Assembly: GCA_947040595.1 (NCBI GenBank)
Contig: CAMRBZ010000013.1
Location: 5,730-29,729 of the forward strand
DNA: 24,000 nucleotides
Reading direction: 5' to 3'
Source of the DNA: an uncultured Enterovibrio sp.
GTDB taxonomy: Bacteria; Pseudomonadota; Gammaproteobacteria; Enterobacterales; Vibrionaceae
Below, in pieces: positions 16,468 to 24,000 of this stretch. The position numbers and the translations under genes were made by a program. The notes beneath the pieces are model-generated. The model did not search any database. It was not told the DNA's origin and saw nothing but the letters and a program-made list of their open reading frames with translations. The stretch's first letter is position 1, and each line of letters starts with the position of its first letter.

Positions 16468-17318
16468 TCTGGCTCCGCCTTTTTATTCATAAGCTTTCCA
16501 ACTCGCCAGTAAGCAAAGAGCATTAATCCCATCAAAATCGTCAATGAAATGCTTGCAGCAGAGCCGAAGGGCCAATCACGAATGTTTAAAATCTGAATTT
16601 TAATGACATTACCGATGAGCAAGTTCTTTGCTCCGCCTAAAAGATCGGAGACGTAAAACATCCCTAAAGCCGGAAGCAGAACCAAAAGGCAGCCAGCGAT
16701 GATCCCAGGCATTGTCATCGGGAGAATGATTTTAATGAAGGTTTGAAATTTATTGGCCCCTAAATCTTTTGCCGCTTCTAAATAGGCGTTATCGAGTTTT
16801 TCAATGCTCGAATAAAGGGGTAAGATCATAAAAGGTAAAAGGATATAGACCAAACCCATCATGACCGCATATTCGGTGTACATAATGCGAAGGGGGCTCT
16901 CTATCAACCCGAGAGACAAAAGAGAGTCATTGAGCAGGCCCCGAGTGCCTAAGAAAATCTTCAACCCATACGTGCGAATGAGGGAATTTGTCCAAAAAGG
17001 GACAATGACCATAAACAGCATGAGTGGGCGCCATTTTCTCGGCATACGTGTGATAACATATGCAAAGGGATACCCTATCAACAAACACAACAAGGTCGCA
17101 ATGACGGCCATATAAAAAGAATGCCATACCACAGTGGCATAAAGGGGATCAAACAACCTTGCGTAGTTGCTTAAGGTGAAGGTCATCTCTATGAGATTCG
17201 CATCATCTCGGGTGAGGAAACTGGTGAAGATAATCATGACATTTGGAATAAAAACGAACACCAATAACCAGCCGACAATAACGCCAATAATGGCGTTTTG
17301 TAAATTAAGTTTCTTCAT
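16464..17318 (-). CDS. potB: Spermidine/putrescine ABC transporter permease PotB
   Basis: Near-colinear with E. coli PotB ([59 protein letters not shown]). Confidence 0.93.
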   Translation of the reverse strand: MKKLNLQNAIIGVIVGWLLVFVFIPNVMIIFTSFLTRDDANLIEMTFTLSNYARLFDPLYATVVWHSFYMAVIATLLCLLIGYPFAYVITRMPRKWRPLMLFMVIVPFWTNSLIRTYGLKIFLGTRGLLNDSLLSLGLIESPLRIMYTEYAVMMGLVYILLPFMILPLYSSIEKLDNAYLEAAKDLGANKFQTFIKIILPMTMPGIIAGCLLVLLPALGMFYVSDLLGGAKNLLIGNVIKIQILNIRDWPFGSAASISLTILMGLMLFAYWRVGKLMNKKAEPE

Positions 17319-18420
17319 TCGGCAATACCACTTCCCAACTTTCGACCCAGGTAATCGCCACTTTTTGATCTAAAGAATGGTCAACATCCGGATCATCTTC
17401 GTTGAAGAACTCACTGACCATGACTGTTTTTCCTGAATTTAATTCGATCACCGAGTCAAGGGTCATGCCTTTGTAAGTGCGCTCCCGTATATGCCCAACA
17501 ATGCCGTTGCTTGCTTGGCTTGCCCCAATTTCTTCTATCCGTAGATCTTCTGGGCGTAACAAAACGTTGAGCTTGTCGCCAGGGGCAACATCGAGTTTGC
17601 AGAAAACCGGGTATTGCTTGTTTTCTATGGTTGCTAATATCTTTTTTTGATCAATTCGCTCATTGACAATGGCATCGAACACATTGATTTCACCAATAAA
17701 ACTGGCGACAAAAAGGTTGGCCGGTTCTTCATAAATTTCACGAGGTGAGCCGTCTTGTTGTATTTTACCTGACCTCATGACGATGATGCGATCGGACATG
17801 GACAAGGCTTCTTCTTGATCATGGGTCACGAAAATAAAGGTGATTCCTAATTTTCGTTGCAGTTGTTTGAGTTCAATTTGCATTTGTTTACGTAATTTAT
17901 AATCAAGGGCAGACAGAGACTCATCGAGGAGAAGGACTTTAGGTTTATTGACAACGGCACGCGCTATGGCGACACGCTGTTGTTGGCCTCCAGATAATTG
18001 GTGGGGTTTTCGGGTGGAAAATTGTTCAAGTTGAACCATTCGCAAGGTCTCCATAACCCGTGATTCAATTTCGGGTTGGGGGACTTTTTGCATTCGAAGA
18101 CCAAACGCAATATTTTCAAACACAGACATGTGTGGAAACAAGGCGTAACTTTGGAAAACCGTGTTCACATGACGCAGCTCCGCAGGGACGGCGGTGACGT
18201 CTTGTTCATCAATGATGATTTTTCCGGAGTCGGGCTCTTCAAGGCCTGCAATTAAGCGAAGGACTGTGGTTTTACCACAGCCTGAAGGGCCTAGAATAGT
18301 GAGAAATTCACCGTTTTTTATTTTGAGGTCAAACTTTGAAATGATTTCTTTACCATCAAAACTTTTGGAAAGTGTTTTGAGCTTGACAATGGTTTTTTTC
18401 AGTTGTTTTGTTGCGTTCAA
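17305..18420 (-). CDS. potA: Spermidine/putrescine ABC transporter ATPase PotA, apparent TTG start
   Basis: Walker [10 protein letters not shown], signature LSGGQQQR, Walker B LLLDE. SD GGAGA lies 10 nt upstream of the TTG at 18420. Confidence 0.93.
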   Translation of the reverse strand: MNATKQLKKTIVKLKTLSKSFDGKEIISKFDLKIKNGEFLTILGPSGCGKTTVLRLIAGLEEPDSGKIIIDEQDVTAVPAELRHVNTVFQSYALFPHMSVFENIAFGLRMQKVPQPEIESRVMETLRMVQLEQFSTRKPHQLSGGQQQRVAIARAVVNKPKVLLLDESLSALDYKLRKQMQIELKQLQRKLGITFIFVTHDQEEALSMSDRIIVMRSGKIQQDGSPREIYEEPANLFVASFIGEINVFDAIVNERIDQKKILATIENKQYPVFCKLDVAPGDKLNVLLRPEDLRIEEIGASQASNGIVGHIRERTYKGMTLDSVIELNSGKTVMVSEFFNEDDPDVDHSLDQKVAITWVESWEVVLPNEET

Positions 18421-18766
18421 TTCTCGTGTATCTCCTTCGATTGAGGGCGATTAATCCCCAAAAAGCAGCGTTGCGCATAATAGACTTGCGGTCCATGAAG
18501 TTAAAGCATTTTTTATATTTTACGTGATTTTTTTTGTTTTTCGGAACTTTTTTAAAAGAGGAAGAATTTTAAAATTTTATGTTAATGCCGTTTTTTTATT
18601 GTTTATGCGTCTGAACTGGGTTTTTGTATGCATGCTTTACTTAACGAAACCTGTCATTTTGGGCGAAATCAAAAAAAACAAAGATCCAAAAGAGCTTAGG
18701 TTAAGCCTTCATCTACAAAAATAGAATGTCCCCCCCTTTAGGATCGGCCCCCCTCAGTGATGCTCC

Positions 18767-18790
18767 AGGGTCAAGGCTGAGCCCTTTTTT
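18767..18790 (+). terminator. Orphan terminator-like hairpin plus T6 in the potA upstream region
   Basis: AGGGTCA-aggc-TGA(g)CCCT followed by TTTTTT. No annotated plus-strand gene ends here. Confidence 0.45.
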
Positions 18791-18971
18791 CATGACGGTT
18801 TATCGGCGATGTAAGCTTTTTGGCTCGAACGAGAATGGGGCGCGTTAAAGGGCAATCTGCAAACAAAAAAAGAAAGAAGCGTTTGTTTAAATAAATCTGA
18901 TGAAAAAATAATCTATACCTTTATTACGGTTTACCCTTCTTTATCAACGAGAAAAACAAAGTTGCCTAGAT

Positions 18972-19781
18972 ATGAATAAACAACAATTAAGCAATGCCTT
19001 GCACGTTGGAGGCTCATTAGAAAATGCATTATCTGGAAATTACAAACTCAGTGCTTCAAGCGTGATCCAAGAGGCCATCCAACTTACACAAAAACATTTT
19101 TGGCGTTTTCTTCCTGCCATTTTGATATTGATGGGAGCCAATGTCGTTGTTTTTTTGATGGTTTTATCCTTGATTACTCCTTCAGCAAGCGCATTTTTTG
19201 ACGGTATCGTGGGAAAAGCGGAATTGAGTCCTGACGTGTTTCAATCGGGGCAAATTGCGGTTTTCCTTACCGGTGTTTTGACTTCTCCTTTGTATGCGGC
19301 CATCAGCCTCATGGGATTAAGTCATGCCATTGGCTTTAAAACAAAGCCAAGGCACATTATCAAAGGATTCGCCTTTGCGATGCCGGTGGTTATCGCGACG
19401 GGATTGGTCTTGTGTATTCAAAGCCTGGCACGAGAAATGCTCCCTTTTTTGAGCTTGTTTTTGGGGGTCACTTTTTCCATGAGTATTCTTCTTATTTGTG
19501 AAAAAAGACTCGGTCCAGTGGACGCAATGAGAGTGTCTTTTCTCTCGGTCATTAAGAAATTGTTCCCTTTACTCCTGGTCTCTGTTTGTATCGGTTTGGG
19601 TTTTCTTATCTCTTATATTACAGCGGGAATTGCCCTCTTTTGGATTTTGCCGTTTATGTTTAATGTCAAAGGTATTTTGTATCGTGAGATGTTCGGGGTG
19701 GGGATTGAAGTGACGGTTTTAAAAGAAGGAGATGATGATCCTTCATCAGATGAAAAAAAGAACGAAGTCTTTAATGCATAA
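18972..19781 (+). CDS. Multi-pass inner-membrane protein of unknown function (269 aa, acidic C-terminal tail)
   Basis: At least 5-6 hydrophobic helices. I recognised no catalytic or family motif with confidence, and there is no clear SD. Confidence 0.7.
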   Translation: MNKQQLSNALHVGGSLENALSGNYKLSASSVIQEAIQLTQKHFWRFLPAILILMGANVVVFLMVLSLITPSASAFFDGIVGKAELSPDVFQSGQIAVFLTGVLTSPLYAAISLMGLSHAIGFKTKPRHIIKGFAFAMPVVIATGLVLCIQSLAREMLPFLSLFLGVTFSMSILLICEKRLGPVDAMRVSFLSVIKKLFPLLLVSVCIGLGFLISYITAGIALFWILPFMFNVKGILYREMFGVGIEVTVLKEGDDDPSSDEKKNEVFNA

Positions 19782-19915
19782 CAAGGCGCTGATGGTTGCA
19801 ATTTAAGGTTCACTGATCCGTTTTCATTCTTTTATTTACCCAAGATATTTAAAGATGAAAAGAGGCAGGCTCTGAACGAAGGGAACATGGACGTTTCTTT
19901 AAAGCCGAAGGGGAT

Positions 19916-19951
19916 AAAAGGGCGTTACATTTTTTAATGTAACGCCCTTTT
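19916..19951. terminator. Bidirectional terminator between the convergent membrane-protein and J-domain genes
   Basis: Perfect 16-bp stem AAAAGGGCGTTACATT/AATGTAACGCCCTTTT with a TTTT loop. The A/T runs are built into the stem ends. Confidence 0.85.
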
Positions 19952-20014
19952 CATTTAAAACAAAAGAAAGCGCTTAAAATGGACCGAAGGAGAAGTTTAA
20001 AATTGAAATAATAT

Positions 20015-21127
20015 TTAGGGTGTTTGATCTTGTCGAATATGAATTTCGTTTCTTATGTCTTTTATTGTTTTTATATTTTTTAATTGAAGAGAAAGAGTAT
20101 TTTTATGTTGAAGCCTATTGTCTTTATATTCATTCGTCCTTTTTGTTTGTACTGATTTTGAGCCTTTCCCGAAGCGTTCCCAGATGATATTTACGATGCT
20201 AACGTTTTCTTGCATCATTTTATGTTCTTTGTTAATGAGGCGTAATTTTTCTTTTAATGCTTTTTTTAAGGCATGCAGTGCACTTTGATCGAGTTTTAAT
20301 TCGAAATTTGGAAGCCAAGTTTGTGCTAATAAGATCATAGAGAAAGTGTCTTTTTCTTTTTTAGCTTGTGAGAGTTGCTGCATGAGATCTTTTTTAATGT
20401 CTTTCTTGTCTGTGTTTTGTTCTTTATCTGGATGAAATTCTCTTGCCAGCTGGCGGTATAGTTTTGTCATGGTTTTTGAATCAAAGAAGTCTTCTATGTT
20501 TGTTTCCTTGTTTTTGTTCTTTGAATGGAACTCGGGGGCGTTGTCATCTGTGGTGATGGTCTCCTCCATCTCCTCTTTTTCGTATTCCAGTCTCTTTTGC
20601 ATTATTTCAATGATATTGTTTTTATCTTCCATTAGGCGATACAGTTCTTCATCATCTAGCGTCTGTTTTTTTCCTGTGATCGTTGACAAAATTGTTTCAA
20701 ACTCTTCACGAAGTTGATTTAAAAGGGTGTCTTTTTCTTCGTGTTCTTGAAATAACGTCATGTAATAGGTATTCAATTTTTTTTTCAGATCTTGGATGTC
20801 ATTTTTACGAAAAGGATTTGATTCGATGTTTTCAATAAGTTCAAGAATCCAATCTTGTAAGGCGAATTTCTCTTTATCTCGCAATGTTTTTTTGTTTAAA
20901 AAAGTGAATAAATGAAGGGCAAGTGTTTCTTGAACTAAACAAATGTCAGACTCGATAATTTCGAGCTGCGTTTTAAAGTTAGAAAAAAAATGGTCTAATT
21001 TGATTTCGTGGCGGATATTGCGATCTTTCTTCTTTTCTATATTTTCCCAAATTTTCTGAAGCTTTTTCCACTCAGACAAAGGAATGTCATTTTCTGTATT
21101 TAGAAGGTTTATTTCTAAGCTCGTCAT
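20015..21127 (-). CDS. Lys/Glu-rich coiled-coil protein with an internal J-domain-like segment (HPD at residues 232-234)
   Basis: KLYRQLAREFHPDKEQ matches the J-domain helix II plus HPD loop (HPD codons at 20426-20434). The rest is low-complexity and coiled-coil-like. The gene is about 30% GC, against roughly 40-50% in hand-counted lines of neighbouring genes. No SD precedes the ATG. Confidence 0.75.
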   Translation of the reverse strand: MTSLEINLLNTENDIPLSEWKKLQKIWENIEKKKDRNIRHEIKLDHFFSNFKTQLEIIESDICLVQETLALHLFTFLNKKTLRDKEKFALQDWILELIENIESNPFRKNDIQDLKKKLNTYYMTLFQEHEEKDTLLNQLREEFETILSTITGKKQTLDDEELYRLMEDKNNIIEIMQKRLEYEKEEMEETITTDDNAPEFHSKNKNKETNIEDFFDSKTMTKLYRQLAREFHPDKEQNTDKKDIKKDLMQQLSQAKKEKDTFSMILLAQTWLPNFELKLDQSALHALKKALKEKLRLINKEHKMMQENVSIVNIIWERFGKGSKSVQTKRTNEYKDNRLQHKNTLSLQLKNIKTIKDIRNEIHIRQDQTP

Positions 21128-21196
21128 TATATGGCGTTCAACAGTGTGAGAAAGTGATTTAACAATAACAAGAAAAAGAGAAAGAAAATAGCTTAT

Positions 21197-21213
21197 TAAC
21201 GCACTATAACTTT
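21197..21213. repeat. 17-nt block TAACGCACTATAACTTT, copy B
   Basis: Identical to 14167-14183. It lies 70 bp upstream of the J-domain gene start. Its reverse complement contains TATAGT. Confidence 0.9.
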
Positions 21214-21297
21214 TTTTTGTTAAAAAAAATTCTGATATTGCTCAATTCAAACTCTAACAATATCATGACATGGAAAAATATAATTTTGATTTATACA

Positions 21298-21308
21298 TAT
21301 ACCCGTCG
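21298..21308. repeat. Partial third copy (TATACCCGTCG) of the 18-nt block
   Basis: 11-nt identity with the 5' part of the 18-nt block, in the same orientation. Confidence 0.5.
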
Positions 21309-21502
21309 TTCTGTCTCTTCGTTGCCTCTTTTAGAGTCACTCTCTGGGTGATGATGGTTCGAGCTGCTTGTTTAGGCCCCCCAAAAATTCAGTTATAACA
21401 AAAGAGAGCCCTTTAAATTGAAGAGATATCAGCGCTTCTTTATTAAAAAAATATGAGTTGAATGGTTGCGGTTATGGGGAGGCGAGCATTTCCTTGAATC
21501 AG

Positions 21503-21520
21503 TATACCCGTCGCCTTTGA
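21503..21520. repeat. 18-nt block TATACCCGTCGCCTTTGA, copy B
   Basis: Identical to 14396-14413. Downstream conserved TGTTGGCTA-n-GCTC at 21538-21551 and CAGGATG at 21533-21539. Confidence 0.9.
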
Positions 21521-21723
21521 GCCTGTTTGAGACAGGATGTTGGCTAGGCTCTGTTCGTTCAGGTAATCACACAGTCAATCTGCGCTTAGGGGCTTCACTT
21601 GCTTGCTGCAAGCGCGCAACGTCAATTCGTTTTTTTTTGGAGGGGGGATTAGACAAAAAGAATTTAAATATACACAGTGGACAGATTTCTTAACTGAGGA
21701 AGGGAAAAGCAGGGGGGAGCATT

Positions 21724-21751
21724 AAAAAAGGCCCCATCAAAGATGTGGCCC
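21724..21751 (-). terminator. uspE terminator
   Basis: The minus strand reads GGCC(a)CATC-ttt-GATG(g)GGCC followed by TTTTTT, 28 bp after the uspE stop. Confidence 0.75.
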
Positions 21752-21778
21752 ATTTTCTCAAATAAAAAGATATTTTCT

Positions 21779-22729
21779 TCAGTCGGTGGTATCCGTCGGG
21801 GCTAAAGGACTGACATACCCATCAGGTTTAATGGCCAATAAATCGCATTGCAAAGAATCTATCGTGTGTTCCGCTGTATTGCCAATAAACATGGCGGATA
21901 AACCCACTCGCCCTGTGCTGCCGATGATCACAAGCTCTGCATTAATGTCTTTGGCTACGAGAGGGATCACATCTTCAGGAAGTCCTTCAGCGCAAAAGGT
22001 TTGTTCTTCATCAATCCCGTGTTTTTGGCGTAAGGCTTTCATGGATAAAAGATGATGCCCACGGACTGCATCCGTGTAGGAGGCGGGATCGAATTCAGGC
22101 AATTCAATGGTCACATTGACCGGTGTGGCAGGGTAGGCGTTAACGAGATTGATTTGAGAGTTTAAAAATCCACCCATGGCTTTTGCTTCATTTATGAGTT
22201 TGTCATTAAAGTGCTCATGAACTTGATTTTCATACGCGACATTGACGGCGGCTAAAATTTTGCCATGGGAAGGCCAGCCAATATTTTTAACGAGTAAAAC
22301 AGGGCAGGGACATTTACGTATCAATTGCCAATCTGTTGGCGTAAAAAGGATGGAGCCTAATTTTGCGTGTTTGTGCGTCGATTTTATCAGTAAGTCAAAT
22401 TGGCCTTCAAATATTTTTGCAATCATGCATTCGTATGGACGTTTATGCCATACCACGTGAAAATCGAGTATCACGTTTTCGGTATCGTATTCGGTTAAAA
22501 TACTTTTTAACCATTTTTCTTGTTGATGCAATACGCCAGTGCGCATTTCATCTTGATCATCTCCTGAAAGCATGGATGTCATTTCATAAGACAAATCATA
22601 CACCGCAAGAAAAAGGGTGAGTGTGGCTGGAGTCTGTGATTTTTTTGCGATATCTAACGCTCGCGACAACGCCGGTTGATCTTGATTATCAGGATCGATA
22701 GCAACAAATAAGTGGTTATATTTTTCCAT
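21779..22729 (-). CDS. uspE: Universal stress protein E (tandem Usp domains)
   Basis: Colinear with E. coli UspE (IDPDNQDQPAL, YDLSYEMTSMLS, FTPTDWQLIRKCPCPVLLVK, ELPEFDPASYTDAVRGHHLLSMKALRQK, GNTAEHTIDSLQCDLLAIKPD). Start set at MEKYNH (22729), which has GGAGG 5 nt upstream. Adjacent to fnr, as in E. coli. Confidence 0.93.
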   Translation of the reverse strand: MEKYNHLFVAIDPDNQDQPALSRALDIAKKSQTPATLTLFLAVYDLSYEMTSMLSGDDQDEMRTGVLHQQEKWLKSILTEYDTENVILDFHVVWHKRPYECMIAKIFEGQFDLLIKSTHKHAKLGSILFTPTDWQLIRKCPCPVLLVKNIGWPSHGKILAAVNVAYENQVHEHFNDKLINEAKAMGGFLNSQINLVNAYPATPVNVTIELPEFDPASYTDAVRGHHLLSMKALRQKHGIDEEQTFCAEGLPEDVIPLVAKDINAELVIIGSTGRVGLSAMFIGNTAEHTIDSLQCDLLAIKPDGYVSPLAPTDTTD

Positions 22730-22838
22730 AAGAACCTCCAGCGGTTTGATGCTGAGTGCTTGATTCATAAAACAGTCAATATATTGTGATCAATATAAAG
22801 AGCGATCGCAAATTGAGGGGCAATAACGTCCAATTATA

Positions 22839-23582
22839 TTATCGACTGATCCCTGTTAAACGGCCTAATTCATCGGGATTAAGTACCGTAATATATTTTC
22901 CTTTTACACTCAAGATCCCATTTTTTTGAAACCGTCCGAGAAGGCGGCTAATGGTTTCGACGGTGAGCCCAAGATAATTACCAATGTCCCCTCGCGTCAT
23001 GGTTAATCTGAACTCTCTTGATGAGAAGCCCCTTTGTGCAAAACGGATGGATAAATTATTTAGAAAAGCGGCTAAGCGTTCTTCGGCGTTCTTTTTTGAA
23101 AGTAAAAGAATCATGCTTTGATCACCTTTAATTTCTGCGCTCATTAAACGCATAATTTGTTGTCGGAGTTTTGGCATTTTACCGGACAGCTCATCGAGTA
23201 TTTCAAACGGAATTTCACACACCATGGATGTTTCTAAAGACTGGGCAAAACTTGCGTGTTGCATTTGATTAATGGCGTCAAAACCAACAAGATCCCCCGC
23301 CAAATGAAACGCCGTGATTTGTTCGTCGCCTTGCTCTGTGATGGTATAACATTTTATGGTCCCAGAACGAATGGCATAAAGAGAGCGCAATGGATCGCCC
23401 GCTTTGAATAAAGATTGGCCTTTTTGAATCGGTTTTTTTCTTTCTATTATTTGATCTAACTGAAGTAAATCGTTATCGCTTAAAGAAAAAGGAATACAAA
23501 GTTGGCTGATGCTGCAATCTTGGCAATGAATAGCACATCCCCCTGATGGAGGGCGTTTTGTTATAATTTTATCTTGAATCAT
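22839..23582 (-). CDS. fnr: Oxygen-sensing transcription regulator FNR
   Basis: N-terminal Cys cluster [19 protein letters not shown], the central Cys in SMVCEIPF, and the DNA-recognition helix [15 protein letters not shown]. Very close to E. coli FNR throughout. Confidence 0.97.
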   Translation of the reverse strand: MIQDKIITKRPPSGGCAIHCQDCSISQLCIPFSLSDNDLLQLDQIIERKKPIQKGQSLFKAGDPLRSLYAIRSGTIKCYTITEQGDEQITAFHLAGDLVGFDAINQMQHASFAQSLETSMVCEIPFEILDELSGKMPKLRQQIMRLMSAEIKGDQSMILLLSKKNAEERLAAFLNNLSIRFAQRGFSSREFRLTMTRGDIGNYLGLTVETISRLLGRFQKNGILSVKGKYITVLNPDELGRLTGISR

Positions 23583-23599
23583 AAGTCGTTTAAACCAAA

Positions 23600-23613
23600 T
23601 TGATTTGAATCAA
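23600..23613. promoter_or_regulatory. Consensus FNR box TTGAT-TTGA-ATCAA in the fnr promoter (autoregulation)
   Basis: Perfect TTGAT-N4-ATCAA centred about 24 bp upstream of the fnr ATG, immediately downstream of the candidate -10 element. Confidence 0.8.
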
Positions 23614-23614
23614 T

Positions 23615-23623
23615 ATATTACCA
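23615..23623 (-). promoter_or_regulatory. Candidate extended -10 (TGgTAATAT) of the fnr promoter
   Basis: The minus strand reads TGGTAATAT directly 5' of the FNR box, which places the start site inside the box. Confidence 0.45.
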
Positions 23624-23648
23624 TTTATGTATAAAGAATAAATAGCTT

Positions 23649-24000
23649 TTAAAGCTGAATAACCGTTTTATATGCGGTAAATAGGCCGTAACTTAAAAAT
23701 GAAAAAGAAAAAAAACACCTAAAAATCATGTTATTAAGCAGTGATTTTATTTTTGAAGCGCCGTGTCCTACCAAAAGCATCGCAGGGAGCGTTCCGGCGC
23801 CAAATGCGAGCATTATCAAGGAACCCTGGCTAAATCCACCAGCAAGGCTTGCCAAAGTGAGGGCGGCATACACCATCCCACAGGGCAACCAACCCCAAAG
23901 AACCCCAAGTGGAAATGCAAAACGTGGATTTTTTAACGGCAAAAGATGAGAGGTTAAAGGGGATAATTTTTTCCAAAGAGGGGCCCCTAATTTTTCAAAA
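23649..24000 (-). CDS. 3' part of a DsbD_2/TauE-SafE-like membrane protein gene (5' end outside the window)
   Basis: The frame stays open to the window edge, so the M at 23942 in the ORF track is only a TTG. The motif LGVLWGWLPCGMVYAAL is typical of the family often found beside cbb3-oxidase maturation genes and fnr. Confidence 0.7.
   Translation of the reverse strand, partial: FEKLGAPLWKKLSPLTSHLLPLKNPRFAFPLGVLWGWLPCGMVYAALTLASLAGGFSQGSLIMLAFGAGTLPAMLLVGHGASKIKSLLNNMIFRCFFSFSFLSYGLFTAYKTVIQL

Noticed and set aside
18524-18724. 66-aa plus-strand ORF (GTG start), with a nested 39-aa ATG ORF from 18606, in the potA upstream gap
   Set aside because: It sits in an extremely AT-rich promoter-like region, has no SD, and its Phe/Leu/Lys composition is what AT-rich DNA produces. 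It cannot be fully excluded as a small protein.
21538-21551. Reverse complement CCTAGCCAAC matches 10 nt of the conserved Qrr sRNA core
   Set aside because: There is no sigma-54 promoter (TGGCAC-N5-TTGC) nearby, and the remaining Qrr conserved sequence and terminator are absent. A 10-nt match is within chance.
21466-21693. 75-aa plus-strand ORF, and a 42-aa ORF at 21270-21398, in the region upstream of the J-domain gene
   Set aside because: There is a TTG start or no SD, and no motif. The frame carrying the shared 18-nt block is not the same as the only plausible coding frame at the 14391 locus.
22785-22800. TGTGATCAATATAAAG upstream of uspE as a CRP or FNR site
   Set aside because: Only the TGTGA half-site is present. 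The second half does not match TCACA or ATCAA at the right spacing.

Overview
This is a chromosomal core region of a gammaproteobacterium, about 40% GC by eye. Local gene order matches E. coli for fabA-ycbZ-matP and for uspE-fnr. Left to right: a 614-bp non-coding leader with two near-consensus LexA (SOS) boxes, then hrpA (DEAH RNA helicase), a signal-peptide-bearing minimal ATP-dependent DNA ligase (Lig E type), and fabA with a FadR/FabR-type composite operator. Next come the Lon-like protease ycbZ and matP. A tightly overlapping minus-strand cluster follows: an outer-membrane beta-barrel, a small PstS-like periplasmic protein and a membrane diguanylate cyclase, followed by an HDOD protein. 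After that come cobB, potABCD, an uncharacterised multi-pass membrane protein, an AT-rich coiled-coil protein with an internal J-domain (HPD), uspE, fnr with an autoregulatory FNR box, and the 3' part of a DsbD_2/TauE-like membrane protein gene. I saw no rRNA, tRNA, CRISPR array, IS element or integrase. The parts worth a second look are the OMP/PBP-like/DGC(/HDOD) module, the duplicated SOS-box module with no visible SOS gene, two long intergenic islands (14158-14498 and 21128-21778) that share perfectly conserved 17- and 18-nt blocks, and the compositionally odd J-domain gene. All calls rest on reading the sequence and remembered family motifs. No database search or folding computation was run.
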